A DNA stretch of 64,000 nt from an uncultured Alphaproteobacteria bacterium (GTDB taxonomy: Bacteria; Pseudomonadota; Alphaproteobacteria; Rhizobiales; Xanthobacteraceae): the NCBI GenBank assembly GCA_963708125.1, contig OY970184.1, positions 4,623,010 through 4,687,009 on the forward strand. The letters are read 5' to 3'. The first letter of the stretch is position 1. Each line of letters begins with the position of its first letter. Below are positions 27,569-38,672 of this stretch, piece by piece. The position numbers and the translations under genes are program-made. The notes beneath the pieces were generated by a model, which saw nothing but the letters and a program-made list of their open reading frames with translations, made no database searches and was not told the origin of the DNA.

Positions 27569-28859
27569 GTATCGAATTGCTCACCTCACACTCGCGATCT
27601 CAAAGCACGATCGCGCGCGGCGAGCAACAGACCTCGTTTCTCCATCGGACATCTCCAAGAGCCCGCGCAAATATTGCGTTTGGGCGGCTTGGCGGCGTGT
27701 TGCCTAAGCTGTTCGGGAGCAATCCAGCCATCTGGGCATATGTCGGATCCCGGACCGCCGCGGGCGAACACCGCTGCCGCACCATTCGTGACGCTACACC
27801 CCTTCCGGCAGTCCCACCGCATCACTAACCACGATCGTAACATTGGAGAAATCGGCGAATACCCCCGATAATCCGAGCGTGCGTCCCGTTCCTAGTTGAC
27901 CCGTCCTGTGCACGCAGTTTCGGGGACCAGCAGGGGTTATAGCCAGACGTTGGTCCACAAATGGCCCGGCGGGTATCTAGCCGATATCCCCAGGCAATCG
28001 CCACGAGGATAGCTGCCAATCCCGAAAAAGCCCAATAGAGGACGTTAGCTGAGCCCGCAGTCACGTTTAGTCCGACGCAGCACCAACTATGTCCAATGCA
28101 TCTCGCTGCCTGTGTTGCTCAGAGCGTCATGCATGTGACGCATTTATCTTGACACCCGCAAGGCTCTTACGCGCCAAAGGGCAGCATGGGCGACGATCGC
28201 GGGAGCGTCGGCGCCCTCGCATCATTCGCTATTGCAGGGCGTTGCAGACAAACGTGTCGGTTTTCCCGCGCGGGAACGGATTTGATTGAAGTTCGCTATT
28301 TACCGGATAAACTACGCCCCGCTGGGGGTTTGAATGCGGTTCAGAGCGACTAATCCAAAGTATTAATCACTGGATAGGGTGATGCTTCGTGCAAAGAACA
28401 GTTAGCGGACCGTACTTATCCCCTGCAGGGCCTGGCATTCTGTCCCGACGAGCCAACCTGCCCTCGCTGTATCCCTTATTGACGGGGAGGCGCGTGCGCG
28501 CGGGAAGACACGAGGCGGGTTGTGCGCCAGAATGTCGAGCATCTTTTACCGAATCCCGGTTTGAGGTGATGCGACACGATTGCGACACGATATTGCGCTG
28601 CCCTTTATGCCGAGGTTGATGAAATCTACAGCCTGGCGTGTCCGCTTCGCTCATTCATGTCGAACCCGTACAAACGTTAAAAACGAGCGTTCATGGCGCG
28701 ATAGATATGTTGGTCTGGCCAAACATATCGAGCGCCGATACTTCAGACGTTGATCAGCGAGATCCACGGCGATCCTCAGGTTCACCCGCAGCTAGAATCG
28801 TGTTAGGATGAAGGTATGTGCGCGGCTGAGACCCTTGCTTCTTCGATGATAATCGTCAG

Positions 28860-29314
28860 CATGGTGTGTCAGGATAAAAGCGGTTCACATCTTCAACGCC
28901 TATGGGCTGTGCATGCATCCCAATGATGGCTGGATGGTATCGAATTTCGTGCAGGAGCTGCGCGGCGGGCCGAGTACGATTTAGTGCGATCAACACAAAC
29001 ACATTTGGCTTTGTCGATGATCTGACCAAGGGCATCTTTCGGTTGAAGGCGACCGACGACCCATGCTCCGTCGGATCAAGCTTAGAACTCCCGATGAGGT
29101 CCTCATCTACGAGGTAGAAAAGATTATTATCACCGTGACGGATTCCCGTTCGCCTGTTGTGTTCAAGCCGCTGGCAGTAAATCAACCAATGCGGCGAAAG
29201 CCGGATATCACTTTAGCGCGCCTAAAAATTGGGCGGAGCCCAAAAATCGAATCGCGCGAAGACCTCAAGCGTACGCTCAATTCCACCAGATCAGTGCTCT
29301 TTAGTCGAGCTTAA
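28860..29314 (+). pseudogene. NAD-dependent epimerase/dehydratase (UDP-glucuronate decarboxylase-like), 3' remnant in at least two frames
   Basis: ...FGFVDDLTKGIFRLKATDDP... (ORF 28902..29117) and ...EVLIYEV...PLAVNQPMRRKPDITLARLKIG..PKIESREDLKRTL (ORF 29063..29314) resemble the C-terminal third of UXS/RmlB-type enzymes. Confidence 0.5.
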
Positions 29315-29316
29315 AT

Positions 29317-30126
29317 ATGCGATTGTCGGTCATTATACCTGTGTACAATGAGCGTCATACGCTGGGACGCATTTTGAAAGTTGTTGCGCGAGCATTACCG
29401 AACGTCAAAAAGGAAATCATTGTCGTCGAGGACTGTTCGACGGATGGCACGCGCGAATGGTTGCAGGATAATTTTTCGGATGGACCACGCACTGGGTCGT
29501 CAGTTGATCTCGACAGCGACGGTAATATTCGTCTTGGCGAAGAATCAGAATCAACCGTCGTTATACGTCCGATCTACCATGAGCATAATCTCGGTAAGGG
29601 AGGTGCACTCCAGACCGGATTTAGGGCCTTCACAGGAGAGGTTTTGATCATTCAGGATGCCGATCTCGAGTATGATCCGACCGACTGGGCACCGATGTAC
29701 GATCTCATTGCCGTACGCCAGGTCGCTGATGTGGTCTTTGGCTCACGCTTTTATGGGCGACCCCATCGGTCGCTCTATTTTCATCATTTTCTTGCCAATC
29801 GTCTGATTTCCCTTCTGTTCAATATCGTATTTGATCAGATGCTCACCGATATCGAAACTTGTTATAAGATGATGACAGGACAGGTTGCGCGATCGCTGCG
29901 CTTGACAGCCAATGACTTTGGCATAGAGGTGGAGCTCAGTGCGGAAATCGCGCGTCAGCGCAAGCTGCGCATCTACGAGCTTGGCATCAGCTATTATGGG
30001 CGAACCTACGCAGAAGGCAAGAAGATCAATTGGAAGGATGGGTTGAAGGCGCTTTTGTATGTATTCAAGTTCCGGTTTAGGACCCCTCGAGAACGTTCAC
30101 CAAAAATATGGAAGGTAGACCGGTAG
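29317..30126 (+). CDS. family 2 glycosyltransferase (polyprenol-phosphate sugar synthase-like, 269 aa)
   Basis: MRLSVIIPVYNERHTLGRIL...IVVEDCSTDGTREWL...IIQDADLEYDP... Confidence 0.8.
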   Translation: MRLSVIIPVYNERHTLGRILKVVARALPNVKKEIIVVEDCSTDGTREWLQDNFSDGPRTGSSVDLDSDGNIRLGEESESTVVIRPIYHEHNLGKGGALQTGFRAFTGEVLIIQDADLEYDPTDWAPMYDLIAVRQVADVVFGSRFYGRPHRSLYFHHFLANRLISLLFNIVFDQMLTDIETCYKMMTGQVARSLRLTANDFGIEVELSAEIARQRKLRIYELGISYYGRTYAEGKKINWKDGLKALLYVFKFRFRTPRERSPKIWKVDR

Positions 30127-30886
30127 CGCAATTGGAACGCGCTTTGCTGATGGACCCCACCCGGCAGGACCACTTGGAGAGGTTTGTTAGTCGGATCCCG
30201 AGATGGATTTATCGCTATTGGATCCCCTCGTTTCTAACTGGGCTCGCTCTCCGATGTCCATGTTAGGATGTTCTGGTGTCGACGGCCAGCGTTAAATAAA
30301 GACACCGCCGGCGCACTAATTACTGGTTTACCGACTAAATATGTCTCGCCCCGGGCCAGGTCGACGAGCTGTCGCTGACCGCGCGTCACGGGCTTTCAAC
30401 ATGAGTCGCTAAACTGGATTACTGCTCGTTAGCTATAACCCGCTCGAATAGCGCTTATCCAAAATCACGCAAGTCAACTTTAGATTAAGGGCGTTGAAAA
30501 GACCGGCCGAATTCATTACGCTGCCTGGTGCAACCCCGAGGGGGATGGGCCAACCGATCATAGTAATGAGCGGCACTGCCTTTGCATTCAACTTTTGTAG
30601 CTTTCAACAGTGTAGGGTTCTATGATCAATATTTTTCAGTCAGTCAGCAATTAGATCGATTGTTCAAAGGAACGATTGGCAAGAATCTTATCGCGGTCGC
30701 AAGGCGGCCGGGTGAAAAAGCATCTCGCGGCTCTTGAAGTAGTCGCCACCAGCCAAGGCAATCGCGTTGTATCCACCATTCGGCCAGCTGGATCAAGATC
30801 AGCAAGCGCGGCGAGGCCCTACTAAGTTTCGTCCATCCATAAATAGAGTCCCGGAGATATTGAAGTCGGAGGAAGAGCTCTCGCGC

Positions 30887-32395
30887 ATGCAAAATGAAAA
30901 CTTGAAGATCGGATGGAAGATCCGGAGGAGAAAAACAGCGCTTGTCGTTGGCCTAGCCTTATTGGCTGCGTTGCTTGCGACGTACCTGGCGAGTCCGATC
31001 CGAGAGTCAGAAGATTCGCGGTGGTCGATCGCTACGGCCATGAGCTTTGTTCGTGGCGACTGGGGCGATTTAAGCACCTTCATGCCACCATCACCCGACT
31101 ACGCGCCCGGAAGTTACGCGCTCTGGAAAAATGGAGATCACACGTACACGGTTTATCCGATTGGGGCATCGTTGCTAGCAGTACCAGCGGTAGCGCTTCG
31201 TGTATGGATGAATCCCGCATTTGCAGCCTATATTCGGCAGAAAGTCCCAGATCATTTCGAAATGGCGATCGCCTCCTTCTATGGAGCGATAGCGGTTGCT
31301 CTATTTTTTTGGACGATCTTCGTCAATTTCGATGACGTAAGGATTGCAGTTGCAACGGCACTGATATTCGCACTTGGCACATCGATGTGGTCCACGGCGA
31401 CCCGTGCACTCTGGCAGCATGGACCATTGATACTGATGCTCATCCTTGTCATGCTTCTGTTGCTCGGTGCGCGACGCAGAGCGGCGTTGGCGCAGTATGC
31501 TAGCATTCCTCTCGCTCTATCCTTTGTCATGCGGCCAACCGCCGCGATTCCGATTGCAGTGTTCAGCGCTTACGTGCTGGTCTGGTACCGGCCGTGGTTT
31601 ATCCGGTTCATGCTCTGGTCCGCATGCATTGCCGTTCCCTGGATCGCGTTCAACATCTGGACCTGGGGCATGGTGCTCCCGCCGTATTATCTACCGGGCA
31701 TGGTGATGACCGTGGAGGACAACTCAACTTTCGGCGACGCATTGCTCGGCAACCTGATCAGCCCTGCCCGCGGCCTCTTCGTATTTTCTCCGGTGCTGAT
31801 CTTTGCATTAAGTGGCTTTTGGCTTGCCATGCGGACTCGCGAGGGCCGATCATTGCACATCGGTTTCGGAGTCGTCATCGCCCTACATTGGATACTCGTT
31901 TCTCACTTAGAGCCTTGGTGGGGTGGTTACTCGTTTGGGCCGCGCATCATGAGCGATGTCTTGCCCTTTCTCACTTATTTTGTCGCGTTCACTCTGCAGT
32001 GGTGTCTGACCGCCTACTCACAGCACCGCACGATCGTGGCCGTGTGCATCGCGGGCCTTGCAGCGGTAAGCATATTCATCCACGCTCAGGGCGCTCTTCG
32101 TTTGGCTTCCCAAGAGTGGAACGTGGACCCCGACAGCGTCGACACCCACCCTGCCCGACTTTGGGATTGGAATGATCTCCAATTTTTACGCGGCCTCGAT
32201 GTCGACATCGGCTTGATGTTGCACATCTCATTTGAGCATTCAAATAGTTCCATAGTTTCGGCCAGGTCGGTAATAGCGAATTACATGTCGACGATCATAG
32301 GGCAGGACCAGAACCATGGGGCCAGTGGACAGATGCTAGATAGGCTGCGTTGTTCTTTTCCATCGCCACGCCGCGCAATCTCAAGTTCCCTCTAG
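30887..32395 (+). CDS. polytopic integral membrane protein, possible GT-C (ArnT/PMT-like) glycosyltransferase
   Basis: From MQNENLKIGWKIRRRKTALVVGLALLAALLA I count at least 10 hydrophobic segments by eye. It pairs with the upstream GT2, as in polyprenol-linked glycosylation modules. The function is inferred only. Confidence 0.5.
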   Translation: MQNENLKIGWKIRRRKTALVVGLALLAALLATYLASPIRESEDSRWSIATAMSFVRGDWGDLSTFMPPSPDYAPGSYALWKNGDHTYTVYPIGASLLAVPAVALRVWMNPAFAAYIRQKVPDHFEMAIASFYGAIAVALFFWTIFVNFDDVRIAVATALIFALGTSMWSTATRALWQHGPLILMLILVMLLLLGARRRAALAQYASIPLALSFVMRPTAAIPIAVFSAYVLVWYRPWFIRFMLWSACIAVPWIAFNIWTWGMVLPPYYLPGMVMTVEDNSTFGDALLGNLISPARGLFVFSPVLIFALSGFWLAMRTREGRSLHIGFGVVIALHWILVSHLEPWWGGYSFGPRIMSDVLPFLTYFVAFTLQWCLTAYSQHRTIVAVCIAGLAAVSIFIHAQGALRLASQEWNVDPDSVDTHPARLWDWNDLQFLRGLDVDIGLMLHISFEHSNSSIVSARSVIANYMSTIIGQDQNHGASGQMLDRLRCSFPSPRRAISSSL

Positions 32396-32498
32396 ACGTT
32401 ATGTCCGTCGTTGCGAGGCGGCCCGCCCCGACGTGCTAAAGAGCACGAGGGTTGCTCGGATAGGCCGAGCCAGGGCCTCAACGCACGAGGGGCGGACC

Positions 32499-32590
32499 AT
32501 GGCGAAGTGTAGCGAAGTTTTCGTCGGAATCGATACCGCAAAGACGAGGCACGCAATTGCCGTTGCCGACGCGGGCCGGGATGGGGAGGA
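32499..32590 (+). pseudogene. IS110-family transposase, N-terminal about 30 codons only
   Basis: MAKCSEVFVGIDTAKTRHAIAVADAGRDGE matches the usual IS110 N-terminus (FVGIDxAK). Homology is then lost. Confidence 0.55.
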
Positions 32591-32864
32591 ACGGCGCCCC
32601 GCAACGCGCTACCACGCGTGTGCTGTCATCCAGAGGCTCCGACAGCCCAGCCTGTGATTGGCGCCGGCAGTCGAAAAGTCGAAATCGCGCCAGTCGGTAA
32701 GCGTTGCGCCCAGCTCACGTTGCATCGTTGGCCAGACTTGTGATCTTCATCCTGCGATGAGGGTGGAGATGAATCACATGATTTTTGAGTCGATGGCGAG
32801 CGATTTGGGTGGCAGGCGTTTCCGCGGCGGTACCGCGTTGTGCGGCATGGCGCGAGTATGAGGG

Positions 32865-33376
32865 GTGATGTCCATGGCAAATAACGAGCAGGCGTCTGCC
32901 GCGGTCGCGGCGACAGAGAGCGAACTTATGACTGGTCATAAGAGCGCTCGCACGCAGCAGATCGAGGTGATAAACGGGGTGAACGGCGCCGGTCGTGGTC
33001 GGTGGAGCAGAAGCGGGAGATCGTGGCGGAGAGCCTGGAACCGGGCATGTCGCCGATCGCGGTGGCGCGCCGCCATGGCATTGGCAGCGGTCAGCTTTAC
33101 ACCTGGCGGCGGCAGCTGCGGGAAGGGCAGTTCGGCGGAGAGTGCCAGCTGCCCGCGCGGTTCGCCCGCGTTGCGGTGCTGACTGAACCGCAACAGCGGG
33201 AATCGGCGGTAACGAGCGCGCGGCATGAAGCGGCATCAACATCAGCGAGGGCGGTGGTGACGCGCACCGGCGGCTCGATCGAGATCGCGCTGCCCGGCGG
33301 GGTCAGTGTATGGGTGGATGCGCAGGTCGACAGCGGGGCACTGCACCGGGTGTTGGCGGCGTTGGCGATCCGATGA
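32865..33376 (+). pseudogene. IS66-family TnpA (orfA), frameshift near 33005
   Basis: ...QIEVINGVNGAGRGRWS shifts frame into EQKREIVAESLEPGMSPIAVARRHGIGSGQLYTWRRQL... Confidence 0.75.
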
Positions 33377-33726
33377 TCGCGCCGCCAACCGGAGTGCGGG
33401 TCTATCTGGCCTGCGGGTATACGGACATGCGCAAGGGAGCGAGGGGACTCACCATGCTGGTGCAGCAGGTGCTGGCCAAAAATCCGTTTGACGAAGGCAC
33501 CGTGTATGCGTTTCGCGGACGCCGGAGCAACCTTTTGAAACTCATCTGGCACGACGGCATCGGTCTTTGCATGCTCAGCAAAAGATTGGAACGTGGTCAG
33601 TTCATCTGGCCCATGGCAAGCACGGGTTCGGTCATCACGCTGTCCGCCGGGCAATTATTGACGCTGCTGGAAGGCTGCGAGCGGCGCGCGACGGCACGCA
33701 ATCTACGGCCTGAACTGGCTGGCTGA
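33373..33726 (+). CDS. tnpB: IS66-family TnpB (orfB)
   Basis: MIAPPTGVRVYLACGYTDMRKGARGLTMLVQQVL...YAFRGRRSNLLKLIWHDGIGLCMLSKRLERGQFIWP. ATGA overlap with orfA. Confidence 0.85.
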   Translation: MIAPPTGVRVYLACGYTDMRKGARGLTMLVQQVLAKNPFDEGTVYAFRGRRSNLLKLIWHDGIGLCMLSKRLERGQFIWPMASTGSVITLSAGQLLTLLEGCERRATARNLRPELAG

Positions 33727-33776
33727 AGCGTTCAAAGGGGATTTAAGGGTGGCGGTCCTCGTCGTGACAGGCGGGG

Positions 33777-34010
33777 CTACGATGTGTCCGATGCTTCAGC
33801 TGTTTTGGCGTCTTTCCAGTTCCACGGCAGCAGCAGGGCCAGGTCGTTCTGCTTGGTCTGTCCTGTCACGATCCGTGTCAGCACGTCGATGAGCCAGGCC
33901 AGCGGATCGATGTCGTTCAGCTTTGCAGTTTGAATCAATGACGCGACAATCGACCAATGCCGCCCCCCGCTGTCCGAACCTGCGAATAGCGCATTCTTTC
34001 TCTTATGCAA
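33777..34010 (-). pseudogene. IS66-family TnpC transposase, C-terminal about 75 codons only
   Basis: (G)RKNALFAGSDSGGRHWSIVASLIQTAKLNDIDPLAWLIDVLTRIV... It is opposite in orientation to the tnpA/tnpB at 32865-33726 and tail-to-tail with them. Confidence 0.75.
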
Positions 34011-34027
34011 AGGTTTGCATAAGAGAA
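33998..34027. repeat. 30-bp palindrome TTCTCTTATGCAAA-GG-TTTGCATAAGAGAA at the RitA-proximal end of lineage RIT-Z
   Basis: Read directly from the sequence. Further TTATGC motifs lie at about 34029, 34046 and 34113, upstream of the recombinase start at 34180. Confidence 0.85.
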
Positions 34028-34179
34028 ATTATGCAGACCTTCAGATTATGCGTAGATGCTTGCTTTCCTGTGTAAATCCGCTCTGCTTTCCAGCGATTTC
34101 CGAAGCAGCGCTGTAGACCCGGCTATGCATAATATCAATCTTCACACCAATCTTCTCGCCCCAGTCCACGGGAGAGGAG

Positions 34180-35273
34180 ATGTTCATGAAGCCCGTCATT
34201 TTACGGCCAGCGCCGCAAGCATGGCTGTCGTCCAGCATTATATCGCCTTACCAAGATCGCTATGTCGCGCGTTTGCGGCAAGATCGATACGCGCACAACG
34301 TGATACGCGTGTATCTTGCAAGCGTCGCCCATTTCGCACGCTGGCTCAGCAAGCAGGATATTTGTCTGCCATCGCTCAGCGAGGCGGTATTGGATCGTTT
34401 CCTCAACGAGCATCTGCCCATCTGCAGTTGTCCTGAGCCAGTACGTCGAACACAGTATGAACTGAGGACAGCGGTCCGCCACCTCCTGAGACTGCTTGAG
34501 ACCGAGGGAGCCATTCGGTCCGCCGACGAGCGGGATGAGCGCAGCACGGAGTTGGCAGCGTTCGATGCCTACATGCGTGATGTCGGGGGCCTGGCGGAGA
34601 CCACACGACGGCAGCGTCGACGGATTGTCGGCGATTTCCTCGCTCATGTATTCGGCACGGACTGTGTCATCGTCGCGAAGATCGACACCGCAGACGTGAG
34701 GCGCTTCGTTCTGGGTGAAGGTCGTGCCTGGGGCGCCGGCGCGGTGCGCGTCGCAGGCAATTCGGTGGGCTGCTATCTGAAGTATCGTCAGATGTGCGGC
34801 GACGACATCGCCAAGCTTCTGCAGGCCATACCGCTGGCGGCACACTGGCGCTTGGCGCCGCTGCCCGAGGTATTGTCACCGGCCGAGATTGACCTGCTTT
34901 TGGCATCGTTCAGTGCAACCCTGCCATCCGGTCGGCGTGCCTATGCCATGGTCAGGTGTGTCACGGACCTTGGCCTCCGCTGCGCGGAAGTGGTCAAGCT
35001 GCGCATCGATGATATCGATTGGCGGAACGGAACCGTCAGGATCGCTCGCTCCAAAACGCATTTCACGGCCTGCCTGCCGCTGCCTAAGCCGACCGGTGAC
35101 GCAATCGCCGACTACCTCGGTACGAGCGGCCGAAGACAGCAAGCCGGGCGATTTTTGTTCGTCATGTTGCGCCCTATGACGTTCCCATACTGCCGGGGGT
35201 GGCCAAGCAGGCCGTCATTGCCGCATTTCGCCGCTGCGGCTGGGATCGTTCCGACCCGCACGTCCTGCGCCAC
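34180..35273 (+). pseudogene. RitA-like tyrosine recombinase (lineage RIT-Z); frameshift near 35165; cut after HVLRH by RIT copy 2
   Basis: MFMKPVILRPAPQAWL...GLRCAEVVKLRIDDIDWRNGTVRIARSKTH... continues in another frame as VAPYDVPILPGVAKQAVIAAFRRCGWDRSDPHVLRH. The codons CAC GTC CTG CGC CAC occupy 35259-35273. Confidence 0.75.
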
Positions 35274-35388
35274 TATGTAGCCCTCCGGACTATGTCGCGT
35301 ACTCTGACGAACTCTCCAATTTTGGCTGTAAATATCGGATCGCCGGGCATAGAGGTTCAGTCGATTAGGCGACATAGTCTTGTCCAGG

Positions 35389-36387
35389 CTATAAGCCGTC
35401 CAGAAAGTTCAGCAGCTGATCTCCCGGGCGATAACGACTCGGCGAGCCGTGCGGCGATGAGATTTTGGCGAGGGCCTGCTCCTTCATCGCGAGTGTTGCT
35501 TCCAAATAGATCTGCGTCGTCTCTAGCGATTCATGACCGAGCCACATGGCGATGACCGCGCGGTCGACACCCGCTTGTAACAATTCCAGCGCCATCGTGT
35601 GTCGAAGCAGATGGACGGTGACCCGCTTTCCCTTCAAATAAGGGCACACTCTGGCAGCGTTCGCAGAATGTTTTCTCAACAGGTGCTGCACGCCATGAAC
35701 GCTCAAGCGCTCGCCCTTTGCATTTGGAAACAACAGGCGTTTACTGCCTCTTTGCGGCTCAGATAGCCAAGCTCTCAGTACGGCAACAGTTGGCTTGGCC
35801 AATGGCGTACAGCGCTCCTTCCGACCCTTGCCTATGACCCGCACATGAGCGCCGCTTTCAAGCATGAGGTCGTCGCGTTTGGCGCCGGTGATTTCCGACA
35901 AGCGCAGACCCGTTTGGACCGCCGTCAGGATAAAAGCATGATCACGCCTCCCGAACCAGGTGCGACGATCGAGAGCAGCGAGCAAAGCATCGACTTCTTG
36001 ACGTATAAGGAAACGGACGAGCGTGCGTGGGAAGCATTTGCTAGGGATAGCAAGCACACGCTGGATCTGTGCCGAGTGAGTTGGCAGTTCGAAAGCGGCG
36101 TAATGAAAGAATGAGTGGATAGCGGTCAGCCGCAGGTTGCAACTGCGCGCGCTCAGACCTTGATTCTTCTCGATCTGATCGAGAAACGCCACGACCAACG
36201 GGGCATCGATCTCTTCGAACCGCAGAGCTGAAGGTGGTTTATGCAACCGCTGCCGAGTGAACTTAAGGAACTGACGGAAGGTGTCGCGGTAGGAGCTGAT
36301 GGTGTGCGGACTGACCTGGCGCTGCTGGATCAGACGCTGTGTGAAGAAGCGCTCCAGCAGGGGAGCGAGGCTGAGGAGGGTAGTCAT
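35389..36387 (-). CDS. tyrosine recombinase, RitC position (copy 2)
   Basis: Its translation is identical to 4413..5411. Confidence 0.85.
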   Translation of the reverse strand: MTTLLSLAPLLERFFTQRLIQQRQVSPHTISSYRDTFRQFLKFTRQRLHKPPSALRFEEIDAPLVVAFLDQIEKNQGLSARSCNLRLTAIHSFFHYAAFELPTHSAQIQRVLAIPSKCFPRTLVRFLIRQEVDALLAALDRRTWFGRRDHAFILTAVQTGLRLSEITGAKRDDLMLESGAHVRVIGKGRKERCTPLAKPTVAVLRAWLSEPQRGSKRLLFPNAKGERLSVHGVQHLLRKHSANAARVCPYLKGKRVTVHLLRHTMALELLQAGVDRAVIAMWLGHESLETTQIYLEATLAMKEQALAKISSPHGSPSRYRPGDQLLNFLDGL

Positions 36388-37337
36388 GGCCGCCTCTCCC
36401 AGCGCTGTTCCAGCCGCGACCTCGCCTCGTGCATCAACTCGGGCAGCGCGCTCAAATACCAAAAGGTATCGCTCCAGTGGACGTGCCCGAGGTAGGCAGA
36501 CAGGATCGGCAAGCGCCGCTCGGCATTCTCCCCGGCGCGGTACCACCTCAATAATGTCTTCGAAGCGAACCCATGCCGCATATCGTGCAGTCGCGGCCCG
36601 CGACTATCGGACGGGCCGCGCAGCCCGATTTGACGAGATAAGGCGTAAAACGTTCGGCGAATGTCGCCGCCATCCAAGCGGTTGCCCCAGCCGGATACGA
36701 ATAGATAGGAAGAGACCGGCCGGTTCGCCCACGCCTGCTCGCGTCGCGCCATGTAGTCGGCGAGCACTCTGCGGGTTGAAGCGTGCAACGGAACCAGGCG
36801 AGACTTGCCGAACTTAGCTCCCCGAATGGTCAGCACGCCGGATCGAAGGTCAACATCTTGCAGTTCGAGGTTTTGCGCCTCGCTGACACGCAGCCCCGTG
36901 ACGCTTAGCAACCCGAACAGGCAATGGTAGGTCCAGGGCCGCAAGCCATTCTTGGCAGGAAGCTTCAGAGCGGCGCGCAGCAACTCTTTGATCTGTTTGT
37001 CGGAGTACATGTAGGGTTGCGCGCGCTTGGGCCGATACGGCAACAGCCCTGCGGCTGGAATTTGCGTACGCGGATCCATAGCGCTTCGGTGCCGCGCGAA
37101 ACTTCGCACGCAGCTCAAACGTCGCGCCCACTCGCTCGGCTGCACGTTCGACGGTTGTTTGGCCCAGGCGAGCGCCAAAGATTGGGTGATGTATGAGGCG
37201 CGGCGCTGCTCCATGAACGTGACGAAGGCGAGCAAGCTCTTGCCGGCAGCCTCCAGCTTGTATCCCAAGCTGCGTCGCATGATCAGATACTCTTGAGCGG
37301 CTTGTCGGAGTGTGTTCATCGCACACCTCCCGGTCAC
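36384..37337 (-). CDS. tyrosine recombinase, RitB position (copy 2)
   Basis: Its translation is identical to 5408..6361. Confidence 0.85.
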   Translation of the reverse strand: MTGRCAMNTLRQAAQEYLIMRRSLGYKLEAAGKSLLAFVTFMEQRRASYITQSLALAWAKQPSNVQPSEWARRLSCVRSFARHRSAMDPRTQIPAAGLLPYRPKRAQPYMYSDKQIKELLRAALKLPAKNGLRPWTYHCLFGLLSVTGLRVSEAQNLELQDVDLRSGVLTIRGAKFGKSRLVPLHASTRRVLADYMARREQAWANRPVSSYLFVSGWGNRLDGGDIRRTFYALSRQIGLRGPSDSRGPRLHDMRHGFASKTLLRWYRAGENAERRLPILSAYLGHVHWSDTFWYLSALPELMHEARSRLEQRWERRP

Positions 37338-38548
37338 GGCAAGGCGAGTGTGCGCAGCGCATTGATGTCAACCTTGGTGTAGATCTTGGTGGTCTCAGGG
37401 CTACGATGCCCCAATAACTCGCCGATCTCGCTCAGCGAGGCGCCATGGCGCAACATCTCGGTAGCCAGTCCATGGCGAAACTGATGGGCTCCAGTGGTGG
37501 GCGCATCAATGCCGGCACGCAAGAGTGCGTGGCGAACAATCGTTCCGACGGCACTGGGACCTAAAAAGCCACGGATGGGAGCTTTAACACGCAAAAATAC
37601 GCGACGACTGGTGCTGCGTGGTCGTCCTTGTTGTAAGTATGCGGCGATTGCCTCGCCGACATCTTTGGGCAAGGGCAGTTGGACCAGCCGCCCCCCTTTG
37701 CCGTGAACGCTCAGGGAACCATCCTTCCAGTCGATATCATCGAGTTCGAGAAACACCACTTCGCTGGCACGCAAACCCAACCGTGCAAGCAGCAACAAAA
37801 TCGCATAGTCGCGTTGTCCGATCGCGGTATGTCGATTGATTTGCGTCAACATGGCGGACTTGATCCGCTGCAATCGCCCGAGGGATCGACGGCATCGACC
37901 AGTTCGCCACAACGGGCACGGCTGCAGCCAGATCCAGCCGGACAAAACCGCGATAGCGCGTGTACTGGAGGAAGGAACGCAACGCAGTGGTCAGGAGCTT
38001 GGCTGTCTTCAAATGCAGTCGTGGCGTTTGGCGCTGAACAAACCGCACCACGTCTCCGGCACACAATTGCGAGAGCCTGACAGGTGCGCTGCCAAAGCAA
38101 TCCTTGAGGAACTCGCGAATAAACCGGACGTAGTTGACAATCGTCGCCGTCGCCAGGGCGCGTTCCTCGCGCAAATACCGCTCATATGCGCGGACGTGTT
38201 GTTCGATCGGGCTTGGTCGAAGCTGGCGTATCTCGACCGGGATTAAATTGCCATCACGTAGAAAATCGAGGAGTTGCTTCAACGCCGCAGCATCACCCTC
38301 GCAAATCCGCTGCTGCCGCGCACGATATCGAAGGTACTGGTCGAAATGTCGAGATGAGACGCTGTGCAAACGCACCGACTTCTTTGCAAGCCATCGGCTA
38401 AAACCGACAGCGATCCGAATCCGCCTCCGCAGCGAACACGGCGCGTATCCCTGCCGCTCGCCCACTTCGAAAACGAGACAATGTAGGGCGCCAGAGGTCC
38501 CTCCGGCGCGCGTAACAGAACCACCTGATCGTTGACGATAAACTTCAT
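37334..38548 (-). pseudogene. tyrosine recombinase, RitA position (copy 2), same two frameshifts as copy 1
   Basis: The three-frame layout is the same as 6358..7572. There is one amino-acid difference (LRASEV versus LRATEV). Confidence 0.75.
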
Positions 38549-38672
38549 GGTCGACCCCTTCCCCTGCACAGGTTGAGAGAAGAGGCGAGACTATGTCGCG
38601 ACCCACAGACGATTTGCGCCAAGAAACTGAGCCGTAATCGAAAGTACGCGACATAGTCCGGAGGGCTTCATA

